DNA of 64,000 nt from Felis catus (taxonomy: Eukaryota): the NCBI RefSeq assembly GCF_018350175.1, contig NC_058383.1, positions 16,370,001-16,434,000 on the forward strand. The letters run 5' to 3'. The translations under genes and the position numbers were made by a program. Below are positions 37,419 to 50,820 of this stretch, piece by piece; positions within the stretch are counted from its first letter, which is position 1; each line of letters begins with the position of its first letter. The notes below the pieces were generated by a model. It was not told the DNA's origin, searched no databases, and worked only from the letters and a program-made list of their open reading frames with translations.

Positions 37419-38586
37419 CTTGTTTTCACTGGACCTCAGCCTCACACTGCAGGAACATGACCTTGAAGGGTTTGAGAGGGAAGGAAAAAAGGATAAAGAA
37501 TTAGATGAGGGATGTACAGAGCAAGGAGAGGATTGAGGATCAGGAACTAATGATCCAGCACCCACAAGACCTGAACTTTAGTGGTTCCTGAGAAAACAGG
37601 TAAGGGAGGCATGTTAGTATTGACTCTGAGCATATGGAAAGGTTAGGAGGCTAGTTAGTCCCCATGCTCTGTTTCTCTGGAAGCTTCTAGGATAGATGCC
37701 TCTCCAGCTTCTGGCATTTGTAGTGGTAAAATACCATGAAGAGTGTGTGCTCCCTTAATCTATTCCTGAGTAGAAGCAAAGCTGTGTATTGTCACACAAC
37801 ACAAATGTGAAAAACAGAGTATCTTTTTAAAAAATGTAACATAATTGTAATTCTCTGATATTTTGTTAAGGGGAGAAGTTTCTTCCATTCTTTGCCATGA
37901 AATTGACTTATATTAGGAAAGAATAATAATTTGTGTATAGTACTAAGGATCCTTCTGTACTACATTTACATCCGTGGATGTCCTTGTTACCTTTCACAAT
38001 CCTGCAGCCCTCACCATTTCACCCTCTCCAGGCTTTCTCAGGACTCTATGGCTGCCTCCTTTTCCTGACAGACCTATCCATGGATCCAGGCAAGGACTTT
38101 CAAACCAGACCCACCTGTGTAATTCTAACCTGAGGCACCAGAACCAGATAATGCTCTGCCTGTGCAGAAGCCTGTCTGAGAAGCCACTAGGCCTGAAATA
38201 GACTTTCCTGTTCCCTCACAATGTCATTCAAGATTAGGCTTTCCAGAGGAAAGGAATTTGCATCTTACAGCACTGCCCAAGGGATCCATTATAGACACTG
38301 ACTTCTGCTCAGAAATGCAGGTGTTAACAGTTCTCTTTCATTTAGAAAATACTCAGCAAATGCCAATTATATGTCAGCCAGGCACTATTTTGGGCAATGA
38401 GGACTTATATATTTCCATTAAATTAAAAAAAAAAAGACAAGTTTCCAGCCTACTTGAATAATACAGACAGACAGTAAACCACTTAAAAACAAACACTTAG
38501 TATGATGCCAAGGATTGATAAGGATATGATCTAAAACAAAGCCAGGTGACAAGATTAATAGGGATGAGAATTTGTAATTTTAGCAT

Positions 38587-39021
38587 TGTTGGTTTACAAG
38601 CTCCTCTGGAACTTCCCAGGTGTAATTGGAAACTGGCCCCCATTCATGGTGGTGGGCAGGGAGAGACTTGCCCAGCCTACTCCAGATTGGTAATTGACAG
38701 GCTTAATAACCAAAGGAACTTACATATGAGGCTAGTTTAGGGTGACTGCAAAATGAAGAGATCTCAGCACCTACCCACCAAATCTTAAAAGTTTATATAA
38801 AGGGCCTGACTGGGTTCAGTCACATTTACCTTCCAGATGGTCTTAATACCACATTATCTCAAGGTTATGTATGTCTTTGGGACAGCCTCTGGGAGCAGAG
38901 AAGGCAAGTGAAGTGCATATTCCAAGGAGAGGGACTGAGGGTAAAGAGTCTTCAGTTGCTGGGCTCCATCTCACATGTGAGCTGGCAGTCACATCTTCTC
39001 CATGACCTCCCAAATAATACA
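38587..39021 (-). mobile_element. 3' LTR of an old ERV (ERVL-group-like)
   Basis: TG...CA ends, TATA-like ttatataaa and a purine run just upstream on the minus strand; lies immediately downstream of the env remnant. Confidence 0.6.
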
Positions 39022-39099
39022 TCCTTCATGACAAACTATTACAATCTTCTATGCCCTGAGAAGTCAGCAAGGTGTTTCATTAGCATGGAGATGGCTCTT

Positions 39100-39444
39100 T
39101 TGGTAGCTGGGTGCATCAGAGGCAGATGACACAGCAACAGCACAGGCTCATGTAAGAGAAAACACAGATTAAGACAATGATTTCCCATATCAGTGAGAAT
39201 TTATCCACCTAAATGCCCATGATATGAACCATTGATTTATTAAGTCTTCTAGACTGGGAGTCACATCACTCAGGTTGTTCACTCGTGTTCTTGTGTAAAT
39301 TAATAAGATTATACATTAGTAGAGTCACCAGGTATGAAACAACAGCATTCTTTTTGGATAATGGCACAGATGCCTTCTTGCAAAGCAGTAATAATGTCCA
39401 AGACCATCTTATTTTGGAGAACCACTTTTATTAAAGACATTTCA
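39100..39444 (-). pseudogene. ERV env TM remnant (immunosuppressive domain and CX6CC)
   Basis: Minus-strand translation EMSLIKVVLQNKMVLDIITALQEGICAIIQKECCCFIPGDSTNV*. Confidence 0.9.
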
Positions 39445-40371
39445 AGAAGTGGCAAGATGGCGGCTTAGGAGGACGCTGGGCTCACCGCGCGTCCTGCTGA
39501 TCACTTAGATTCCACCTACACCTGCCTAAATAACCCAGAAAACCGCCAGAGGATTAGCAGAACGGAGTCGCCGGAGCCAAACGCAGACGAGAGGCCCACG
39601 GAAGAGGGTAGGAAGGGCGGCGAGGCAGTGCGTGCTCCACGGACTGGCGGGAGGGAGCCGGGGCAGAGGGGCGGCTCTCCGGCCAAGCAGAGACCCCGAG
39701 TCTGGCTTGCAAAAGTGGAGGGGCCTGACGGACTGTGTTCCCACAACAAGCGCGACTTAGCGTCTGGGAGGTCATAAGTTAACAGCTCTGCTCGGAAAGC
39801 GGGAAGGCTGGAGGACAAAGGGAGGGAGAGCTGCTGAGCCCCCTGACAACAGAGCTCAGTTTGGTGGGGAACAAAGGCGCTCGCCAGCGCCATCTCTCCC
39901 GCCCATCCCCCAGCCAAAATCCCAAAGAGAACCAGTTCCTGCCAGGGAACTTGCTCGCTCCGCACAAACACCCAACTCTGTGCTTCTGCGGAGCCAAACC
40001 TCCGGCAGCGGATCTGACTCCCTCCCGCTGCCACAGGGCCCCTCCTGAAGAGGATCACCTAAGGAGAAGCGATCTAAGCCTGCCCCTCCTGCCCCTGTGC
40101 ACCTTGCCTACCCACCCCAGCTAATACGCCAGATCCCCAGCATCACAAGCCTGGCAGTGTGCAAGTAGCCCAGATGGGCCACACCACCCCACAGTGAATC
40201 CCGCCCCTAGGAGAGGGGAAGAGAAGGCACACACCAGTCTGACTGTGGCCCCAGTGGTGGGCTGGGGGCAGACATCAGGTCTGACTGCGGCCCCGCCCAC
40301 CAATTCCAGTTATACACCACAACACAGGGGAAGTGCCCTGCAGGTCCTCACCACGCCAGGGACTATCCAAA

Positions 40372-41266
40372 ATGACCAAGCAGAAGAATTCCCCTCAGAA
40401 GAATCTCCAGGAAATAACAACAGCTAATGAACTGATCAAAAGGATTTAAATAATATAACAGAAAGTGAATTTAGAATAATAGTCATAAAATTAATCGCTG
40501 GGCTTGAAAACAGTATACAGGACAGCAGAGAATCTCTTGCTACAGAGATCAAGGGACTAAGGAACAGTCACGAGGAGCTGAAAAACGCTTTAAACGAAAT
40601 GCATAACAAAATGGAAACCACCACAGCTTGGCTTGAAGAGGCAGAGGAGAGAATAGGTGAACTAGAAGATAAAGTTATGGAAAAAGAGGAAGCTGAGAAA
40701 AAGAGAGATTAAAAAAAATCCAGGAGTATGAGGGGAAAATTAGAGAACTAAGTGATACACTAAAAAGAAATAATATACGCATAATTGGTATCCCAGAGGA
40801 GGAAGAGAGAGGGAAAGGTGCTGAAGGGGTACTTGAAGAAATCATAGCTGAGAACTTCCCTGAACTGGGGAAGGAAAAAGGCATTGAAATCCAAGAGGCA
40901 CAGAGAACTCCCTTCAGACGTGACTTGAATCGATCTTCTGCACGACATATCATAGTGAAACTGGCAAAATGCAAGGATAAAGAGAAAATTCTGAAAGCAG
41001 CAAGGGGTAAATGTGCCCTCACATATAAAGGGAGACCTATAAGACTCGTGACTGATCTCTCGTTTGAAACTTGGCAGGCCAGAAAGAATTGGCACGAGAT
41101 TTTCAGGGTGCTAGACAGAAAAAATATGCAGCCGAGAATCCTTTATCCAGCAAGTCTGTCATTTAGAATAGAAGGAGAGATAAAGGTCTTCCCAAACAAA
41201 CAAAAATTGAAGGAATTTGTCACCACTAAACCAGCCCTACAAGAGATCCTAAGGGGGACCCTGTGA
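40372..41266 (+). pseudogene. L1 ORF1p, frameshifted
   Basis: ATG ACC AAG CAG AAG AAT TCC; -1 in the A-run at ~40440 and +2 at ~40710 (net length 895 nt). The C-terminal part NRSSARHIIVKL...[10 protein letters not shown] is intact. Confidence 0.92.
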
Positions 41267-41316
41267 GACAAAGTCCCAGAGACATCACTACAAGCATAAA
41301 ACATACAGACATCACA

Positions 41317-44300
41317 ATGACTCTAAACCCATATCTTTCTATAATAACACTGAATGTAAATGGATTAAATGCGCCAACCAAAAGACAGAGGGTATCAGAA
41401 TGGATAAAAAAACAAGACCCATCTATTTGCTGTCTACAAGAGACTCATTTTAGACCTGAGGACACCTTTAGATTGAGAGTGAGGGGATGGAGAACTATTT
41501 ATCATGCGACTGGAAGCCAAAAGAAAGCTGGAGTAGCCATACTTATATCAGACAAACTAGACTTTAAATTAAAGGCTGTAACAAGAGATGAAGAAGGACA
41601 TTATATAATAGTTACAGGGTCTATCCATCAGGAAGAGCTAACAATTATAAATGTCTATGCACCGAATACTGGAGCCCCCAAATATATAAAACAATTACTC
41701 ATAAACATAAGCAACCTTATTGATAAGAATGTGGTAATTGCAGGGGACTTTAACACCCCACTTACAGAAATGGACAGATCATCTAGACACACGGTCAATA
41801 AAGAAACAAGGGCCCTGAATGAGACATTGGATCGGATGGACTTGACAGATATATTTAGAACTCTGCATCCCAAAGCAACAGAATATACTTTCTTCTCGAG
41901 TGCACATGGAACATTCTCCAAGATAGATCATATACTGGGTCACAAAGCAGCCCTTCATAAGTTTACAAGAATTGAAATTATACCATGCATACTTTCAGAC
42001 CACAATGCTATGAAGCTTGAAATCAACCACAGAAAAAAGTCTGGAAAACCTCCAAAGGCATGGAGGTTAAAGAACACCCTACTAACGAATGAGTGGGTCA
42101 ACCAGGCAATTAGAGAAGAAATTAAAAAATATATGGAAACAAACGAAAATGAAAATACAACAATCCAAACGCTTTGGGACGCAGCGAAGGCAGTCCTGAG
42201 AGGAAAATACATTGCAATCCAGGCCTATCTCAAGAAACAAGAAAAATCCCAAATACAAAATCTAACAGCACACCTAAAGGAAATAGAAGCAGAACAGCAA
42301 AGGCAGCCTAAACCCAGCAGAAGAAGAGAAATAATAAAGATCAGAGCAGAAATAAACAATATAGAATCTAAAAAAACTGTAGAGCAGATCAACGAAACCA
42401 AGAGTTGGTTTTTTGAAAAAATAAACAAAATTGACAAACCTCTAGCCAGGCTTCTCAAAAAGAAAAGGGAAATGACCCAAATAGATAAAATCATGAATGA
42501 AAATGGAATTATTACAACCAATCCCTCAGAGATACAAACAATTATCAGGGAATACTATGAAAAATTATATGCCAACAAATTGGACAACCTGGAAGAAATG
42601 GACAAATTCCTGAACACCCACACTCTTCCAAAACTCAACCAGGAGGAAATAGAAAGCTTGAACAGACCCATAACCAGCGAAGAAATTGAATCGGTTATCA
42701 AAAATCTCCCAACAAATAAGAGTCCAGGACCAGATGGCTTCCCAGGGGAGTTCTACCAGACGTTTAAAGCAGAGATAATACCTATCCTTCTCAAGCTATT
42801 CCAAGAAATAGAAAGGGAAGGAAAACTTCCAGACTCATTCTATGAAGCCAGTATTACTTTGATTCCTAAACCAGACAGAGACCCAGTAAAAAAAGAGAAC
42901 TACAGGCCAATATCCCTGATGAATATGGATGCAAAAATTCTCAATAAGATACTAGCAAATCGAATTCAACAGCATATAAAAAGAATTATTCACCATGATC
43001 AAGTGGGATTCATTCCTGGGATGCAGGGCTGGTTCAACATTCGCAAATCAATCAACGTGATACATCACATTAACAAAAAAAAAAGAGAAGAACCATATGA
43101 TCCTGTCAATCGATGCAGAAAAGGCCTTTGACAAAATCCAGCACCCTTTCTTAATAAAAACCCTTGAGAAAGTCGGGATAGAAGGAACATACTTAAAGAT
43201 CATAAAAGCCATTTATGAAAAGCCCACAGCTAACATCATCCTCAACGGGGAAAAACTGAGAGCTTTTTCCCTGAGATCAGGAACACGACAAGGATGCCCA
43301 CTCTCACCGCTGCTGTTTAACATAGTGCTGGAAGTTCTAGCATCAGCAATCAGACAACAAAAGGAAATCAAAGGCATCAAAATTGGCAAAGACGAAGTCA
43401 AGCTTTCGCTTTTTGCAGATGACATGATATTATACATGGAAAATCTGATAGACTCCACCAAAAGTCTACTAGAACTGATACAGGAATTCAGCAAAGTTGC
43501 AGGTTACAAAATCAATGTACAGAAATCAGTTGCATTCTTATACACTAACAATGAAGCAACAGAAAGACAAATAAAGAAACTGATCCCATTCACAATTGCA
43601 CCAAGAAGCATAAAATACCTAGGAATAAATCTAACCAAAGATGTAAAGGATCTGTATGCTGAAAACTATAGAAAGCTTATGAAGGAAATGGAAGAAGATT
43701 TAAAGAAATGGAAAGACATTCCCTGCTCATGGATTGGAAAAATAAATATTGTCAAAATGTCAATACTACCCAAAGCTATCTACACATTCAATGCAATCCC
43801 AATCAAAATTGCACCAGCATTCTTCTCGAAACTAGAACAAGCAATCCTAAAATTCATATGGAACCTCAAAAGGCCCCGAATAGCCAAAGGAATTTTGAAG
43901 AAGAAGACCAAAGCAGGAGGCATCACAATCCCAGACTTTAGCCTCTACTACAAAGCTGTCATCATCAAGACAGCATGGTATTGGCACAAAAACAGACACA
44001 TAGACCAATGGAATAGAATAGAAACCCCAGAACTAGACCCACAAACGTATGGCCAACTCATCTTTGACAAAGCAGGAAAGAACATCCAATGGAAAAAAGA
44101 CAGCCTCTTTAACAAATGGTGCTGGGAGAATTGGACAGCAACATGCAGAAGGTTGAAACTAGACCACTTTCTCACACCATTCACAAAAATAAACTCAAAA
44201 TGGATAAAGGACCTAAATGTGAGACAGGAAACCATCAAAACCCTAGAGGAGAAAGCAGGAAAAGACCTCTCTGACCTCAGCCGTAGCAATCTCTTACTCG

Positions 44301-45142
44301 ACACATCCCCAAAGGCAAGGGAATTAAAAGCAAAAGTGAATTACTGGGACCTTATGAAGATAAAAAGCTTCTGCACAGCAAAGGAAACAACCAACAAAAC
44401 TAAAAGGCAACCAACGGAATGGGAAAAGATATTCGCAAATGACATATCGGACAAAGGGCTAGTATCCAAAATCTATAAAGAGCTCACCAAACTCCACACC
44501 CGAAAAACAAATAACCCAGTGAAGAAATGGGCAGAAAACATGAATAGACACTCCTCTAAAGAAGACATCCGGATGGCCAACAGGCACATGAAAAGATGTT
44601 CAGCGTCGCTCCTCATCAGGGAAATACAAATCAAAACCACACTCAGGTATCACCTCACTCCAGTCAGAGTGGCCAAAATGAACAAATCAGGAGACTATAG
44701 ATGCTGGAGAGGATGTGGAGAAACGGGAACCCTCTTGCACTGTTGGTGGGAATGCAAATTGGTGCAGCCACTCTGGAAAGCAGTGTGGAGGTTCCTCAGA
44801 AAATTAAAAATAGACCTACCCTATGACCCAGCAATAGCACTGCTAGGAATTTATCCAAGGGATACAGGAGTACTGATGCATAGGGCCACTTGTACCCCAA
44901 TGTTCATAGCAGCACTCTCAACAATAGCCAAATTATGGAAAGAGCCTAAATGTCCATCAACTGATGAATGGATAAAGAAATTGTGGTTTATATACACAAT
45001 GGAGTACTACGTGGCAATGAGAAAAAATGAAATATGGCCTTTTGTAGCAACGTGGATGGAACTGGAGAGTGTGATGCTAAGTGAAATAAGTCATACAGAG
45101 AAAGACAGATACCATATGGTTTCACTCTTATGTGGACCCTGA
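41317..45142 (+). pseudogene. L1 ORF2p (endonuclease/RT/CCHC) with a single +1 frameshift
   Basis: [21 protein letters not shown] and CWRGC..HCWWEC motifs. Length 3826 nt (3n+1); the only break is A10 at 43075-43084. Confidence 0.96.
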
Positions 45143-45404
45143 GAAATTAACAGGAACCCATGGGGGAGGGGAAGGAAAAAAAAACAGGTTAGAGTGGGAG
45201 AGAGCCAAAGCATAAGAGACTCTTAAAAACTGAGAACAAACTGAGGGTTGATGGGGGGTGGGAGGGAGGAGAGGGTGGGTGATGGGTATCGAGGAGGGCA
45301 CCTTTTGGGATGAGCACTGGGTGTTGTATGGAAACCAATTTGTCAATAAATTTCATATTAAAAAGAAAAAAAAAAGAAGAAGAAAAAAAAATAAAGACAT
45401 TTCA

Positions 45405-47375
45405 GTGTTCAGTAAGAACAGGCTTTGTTGACTATTATTTAAAGTTTGCTGGACAAAGTTAGTAAGGCATTTACGTGTGCTACAATATACTCCAGGCCAA
45501 TGGAGGGGAAAAAGACAGTGGCCAAATAACTATTACCAGTGGTAAACATAACATACCCACATAGCATTTAGGAGAGCAAAGTTGGCAGTTTTAGGAACTT
45601 AACGTGTTTGTACATACCATACACGCTATCCAGTGGAGGACATAAAGAGTTGTCAGGCATAAAGAGACGGACTGTCAGTAGGATATGCCAGACTAAAACT
45701 CTTTTTTTCTTCCCTCTTTCAATGGTACATGTTCCATTCCATGTATAGTGCATTTCACCAGGGACAGCTTGCAGCAGGACAATGCGATCCAGGGTAGAAT
45801 GAGTAATTCCCCCTCACCAGGGATGCTTCATAACTTACCCATCCTGGTGGAATGTCCCATAGCAAATTCCAGTAGATAATTTCTTTTACAGCTGTGATGG
45901 AGCTAGGTATTCACAGTAACATATCATCCACAGTAAGAGCCAGGGCAATGGTTGTTCCCAAGGCTTCCATACCTTTATGGTATTGGATGCCTATGGCAAT
46001 AGACCATATTAGTTGATAATTCAAATGTATTAAAGCCTGACACAGTACTTTAGTGCATTTAGCCAAGATAGTTTCAGTTGTTAACAATTCAATCTGCTGC
46101 TTTAATATTCCATTTTTTTCTACCAACCCTCTGCTTGCAGATTATAGGAATGATGGAACTTCCAACAAATGTAATGTTCTTTTGCCCAATCTTTCATATT
46201 ATGACCTTTGAAATATGACCCTTGATCACTGTCTAGTTGATAAAGGTATCCAGACATGGTGCTCAGCTTTTTAAGCCTCCTAATGATGGCAGCCTAGTTT
46301 ACATGGTAACAAGGGAAAACTTGGGTTAATTCAGACTCAGTGTTCATACAAACCAGGGTATATTTAGGACCCTCACTCAGAGGGAGGAGGCAAGTATAAT
46401 CAATTTGCCAATCCCTTACTGATTGGAAACTTTAGTGGATGGCCCCAGACTCCTTTGGCAAAGTCTTGGGCATTGTTTAGAACATACAGGACATGATATT
46501 ACTACATTAACCAAGTCACAGTAATTCAAGACCAATCTGGCACCCTTGGCAGTATGCCATCCCACCAAGGCACTGCAATGATCTTTCCTTCTGTACACCC
46601 AATCTTCTGATCTACTTAAGATTCAGTTATTAGGGCTTACATCCAAGCTAAGGGCATCAGCTTCCTCGTTGCAGGGGTGTCAGTGCCTTATGAGCTGAGA
46701 TATGAAAAACAGTGAGAACTGTCTCAGCTCTTGTGGATGAACCAAAATGTCTTTCTATATATCCTGACCACACAAGGGTTTATTCATGATTTTACATCCC
46801 TCAGTTTCCCATTGCCATTCTAATCTCTTTAGAACAGCCCAACTGTCAGTGCAAAGGGTTAATGACCAGGGTTCATGACCAGTCAAACCACTTTGGGTTC
46901 AGCCCATTGACTTGCTATAAATTACTCCTTCTTGAGAGGTTCTAACTGGAGAAGCACTGTGTACACTGCTAGGAGCTGCTGCTTTATGGGGTATATTGTG
47001 TTTTTGCTCCCTTCCAGAGCTAGGACAAAAATCCTAGGGACATTATTCCCTTTTTTGTTTTTGCCACAGTATCTGATGCATACCTTCTCAAGTTACAAGC
47101 TCATTTAACTCAAAAGATAACCCTGCATGGGAGATGCCTATATTTTCTATTTGCTTCATTAGCATTTTTCTCAAAGATGACTCACTACTCTGACCCCCAT
47201 TCCTACACGTGTCCTTTCTTTAACAGGCAGTATAAGAGATTGAGACACTGTGCCAAGTAGGGAATAAAATTCCTTAAAACCCCTAAATCCCCACCAAAGG
47301 CTTGCACCTCATTCACATTCTTAGGGATTGGGTGAACTTGCATCTTATCAATCACAATTTCTGGACAATGTGAAT
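45405..47375 (-). mobile_element. ERV internal region: RT connection, RNase H, integrase and 5' env remnants
   Basis: TDSW 46839-46850, CPVC ~46490, WQIDY 46396-46410, DSDQG 46219-46233, VEKNGILKQ ~46120. env fusion-peptide/HR1 YLATVFFPSIGLEYIVAHVNA/TNFVQQTLNNSQQSLFLLNTEMSL at ~45395-45530. Confidence 0.88.
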
Positions 47376-50300
47376 CATTTTTTTTCTTTTTTAATTTTTT
47401 AACTCATTTTTTAAAAAACTTATATCCTAGTTAGTTAGCCTATAGTGCAACAATGATTTCAGGAGTAAATTACTTGATGCCCCTTACCCATTTAGCCCAT
47501 CCCCCCCTCCCACACCCCCTCCAGTAACCCTCGGTTTGTTCTCCATATTTAAGAGTCTCTTATGTTTTGTCCCCCTCCCTGTTTTCATATTATTTTTGCT
47601 TCCCTTCCCTTATGTTCATCTGTTCTGTGTCTTAAAGTCCTCATATGCGTTAAGTCATATGATATTTGACTTTCTCTGACTAATTTCGCTTAGCCTAATA
47701 CCCTCTAGTTCCATCCACGTAGTTGCAAATGGCAAGATTTCATTCTTTTTGATTGCTGTGTAATGCTCCATTGTATATATGTACCATATCTTCTTTATCC
47801 ATTCATCCATCGATGGATATTTGGGCTCTTTCAGTAAACATTGCTATAAACATTGGGGTGCATGTGCCCCTTCAAAACAGCATCCTCGTATCCTTTGGAT
47901 AAATACCTGGTAGTGCAATTGCTAGGTGGTAGGGTAGTCCTATTTTTAACTATCTGAGGAACCGCCATACTGTTTTCCAGAGTGGATGCACCAGCTTGGA
48001 TTTCCACCAACAATGCAAAAGAGATCCTCTTTCTCCACATCCTCCCCAACATCTGTTGTTGCCTGAGTTGTTAATGTTAGCCATTCTGACATTCTGACAT
48101 TCTGACATTCTGTGAGGTGGTGTCTCATTGTGGTTTTGATTTGTGTTTTCCTGATGATGAGTGATGTGGAGCATTTTTTCATGTGTTGGTTGGGCATCTG
48201 GATGTCTTCTTTGGAGAAGTGTCTATTCATGTCTTTTTCCCATTTCTTCGCTGAATTATTTGTGTTTTGGGTGTTGAGTTTGATAAGTTCTTTATAGATT
48301 TTGGATACTAACCGTTTATCTGATATGTCATTTGCAAATATCTTCTCCCATTCTTTCAGTTGCCTTTCAGTTTTGCTGATTGTTTCCTTCGCTGTGCAGA
48401 AGGTTTTATTTTAATGAAGTCCCAATGGTTCATTTTTACTTTTGTTTCCTTTGCCTCTGGAGATGTCTTGAGTAAGAAGTTGCTGTGGCCAAGATCAAAG
48501 AGTTTTTTGCTGCTTTCTCCTCGAGGATTTTGATGGCTTCCTGTTTTACTTGAGGACTTTCATCCATTTTATTTTTGTGTGTGGTGTAAAAAAGAGGTCC
48601 AGGTTCATTTTTCTGCATGTCGCTGTCCAGTTTTCCCAGCACTACTTGCTGAAGAGATTGTCTTTATTCCACCGAATATTCTTTCCTGCATTTGTCAAAG
48701 ATTAGATGGCCATATGTTTGTGGGTCCATTTCTGGGTTCTCTATTCTGTTCCATTGGTGTGAGTGCCTGTTCTTGTGCCAGTATCATACTGTCTTGATGA
48801 TTACAGCTTTGTAATACAGCTTGAAGTCCAGGATTGTGGTGGCTCCTGTTTTGGTTTTCATTTTCAAGATTGCTTTGGCTATCCAGGGTCTTTTCTGGTT
48901 CCATACAAGTTTTAGGATTGTTTGTTCTAGCTCTGTGAAGAATGCTGGTGTTATTTTGATAGGGATTGCACTGAATATGTAGATTGCTTTGGGTAGTATT
49001 GACATTTTAACAATATTTGTTCTTCCTATCCAGGGGCATGGAATCTTTTTCCATTTTTTGTGTCTTCTTCAATTTCTTTCATAAGGTTTCTATAGTTTTC
49101 AGTGTATAGATTTTTCACCTTTTTGGTTAGATTTATTCCCAAGTATTTTACGGTTTTTGGTGCAATTGTAAATGGGATCAATTCCTTGATTTCTCTTTCT
49201 GTTCCTTCATTGTTGGTTTATAGGAATGCAACTGATTTCTGTGCATTGATTTTATATCCTGCAACTTTGCTGAGTTCATGAATCAGTTCTAGCACTTTTT
49301 TGGTGGAATCTTTTGGGTTTTCCATATAGAGTATCCTGTCATCTGCGAAGAGTGAAAGTTTGACCACCTCTTGGCTGATCTGGATGCCTTTTATTTGTTT
49401 GTGTTTTCTGATTGCAGAGGCTAAGACTTCCAATACTATGTTGAATAGCAATGGTGGGAGTGGACATCCCTATCTTGTGCCTGACCTTAGGGGGAAAGCT
49501 TTCAGTTTTCCCCCATTGAGAATGGTTTTAGCATTGGTTTGTTCATGTATGGCTTTTATGATCTCGAGGTATGATACTTGTATTCCTACTTTCTTGAGGG
49601 TTTTTATCAAGAAAGGATGCTGTATTTTGTCAAATGCTTTCTCTGCATCTATTGAGAGGATTATATGGTTCTTGTCCTTTCTTTTATTGATGTGATGAAT
49701 CGTGTTAATTGTTTTGTGGATATTGAACCAGCCCTGCATCCCAGGTATAAATCCCACTTAGTCATGGTGAACAATTTTTTAAATGTATTGTCGGATCCGG
49801 TTGGCTCATATCTTGTTGGGGATTTTTGCATCTGTGTCCATCAGGGAAATTGGTCTATAGTTCTCCTTTTAGTGGAGTCTCTGTCTGGGTTTGGAATCAA
49901 GGTAAGGCTGGCTTCATAGAGTTTGGAAGTTTTCCTTCCATTTCTATTTTTTGGAACAACTTTAAGACAACAGGTGTTAACTCTTCCTTAAATGTTTTGT
50001 AGAATTCCCCTGGAAAGCCATCTGGCCCTGGACTCTTGTTTTTTGGAAGAATTTTAATTACTTATTCGATTTCTTTACTGGTTATGGGTCTGTTCAAATT
50101 TCCTATTTCTTGCTGTTTCAGTTTTGGCAGTGTATATGTTTCTAGGAATTTGCCCATTTCTTCCAGATTGCCCATTTTATTGGCATATAATTGCTCATAA
50201 CATTCTCTTATTATTGTTTTTATTTCTGGTGTGTTGGTTGTGGTCTGTCTTCTTTCATTCTTGATTTTATTTATTTGGGTCCTTTCCTTTTTGTTTTTGA

Positions 50301-50820
50301 TCAAACTGGCTAGTGGTTGATCAATTTTGTTAATTCTTTCAAAAAAGCAGCTTCTGGTTTCATTGATCTGTTCTACTGGTGGTTTTTTTTTGTTGTTGTT
50401 TGTTTCAATAGCATTAATTTCTGCTCTAATCTTTATAATTTCCTGTCTTCTGCTGGTTTTGGGTTATTTGCTGTTCTTTTCCCAGGTCTTTAAGGTGTGA
50501 TGTTAGGTTGTGTATCTGTCACGTTTCTTCCTTCTTGAGGAAGGCCTGGATTGCCATATACTTTCCTTTTATGACTGCCTTTGTTGTGACCCAGAGGTTT
50601 TGGGTGGTGGTGTTATCATTTTCATTGGCTTCCATATACTTTTTAGTTTCCACTTTAACTTCTTGGTTATCCCATTCATTCTTTAGTAGGATGTTCTTTA
50701 GTATCCAGGTATTTGTTACCTTTCCGAATTTTTTCTTGTGGTTGATTTTGAGTTTCATAGCATTGTGGTCTGAAAATATGCACGGTATGATTTTTATACT
50801 TGTTGAGGGCTGATTTGTTG
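47376..50820 (-). mobile_element. 5'-truncated L1 inserted in ERV pol
   Basis: Poly(A), 3'UTR and ORF2 fragments. TSD ggacaatgtgaat (47363-47375) / ggacagtgtgaat (50821-50833). Confidence 0.93.

Larger units (their letters stand above)
39445..45391 (+). mobile_element. Full-length young felid L1 with 13-bp TSD
   Basis: TSD taaagacatttca at 39432-39444 and 45392-45404. CAAGATGGCGGC YY1 site at the 5' end, CpG-rich 5'UTR, ORF1, ORF2, G-rich 3'UTR, aataaa and poly(A). Confidence 0.98.

Noticed and set aside
37430..38550. Non-repeat-looking stretch with a cag|gtaagg donor, checked for SEPT14 or KRAB exons
   Set aside because: No septin, KRAB or other coding similarity visible.
48082..48111. (CATTCTGA)n and similar short duplications at ~25290, ~26900 and ~30617
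   Set aside because: Ordinary slippage duplications inside dead L1s; not spacer-separated arrays.
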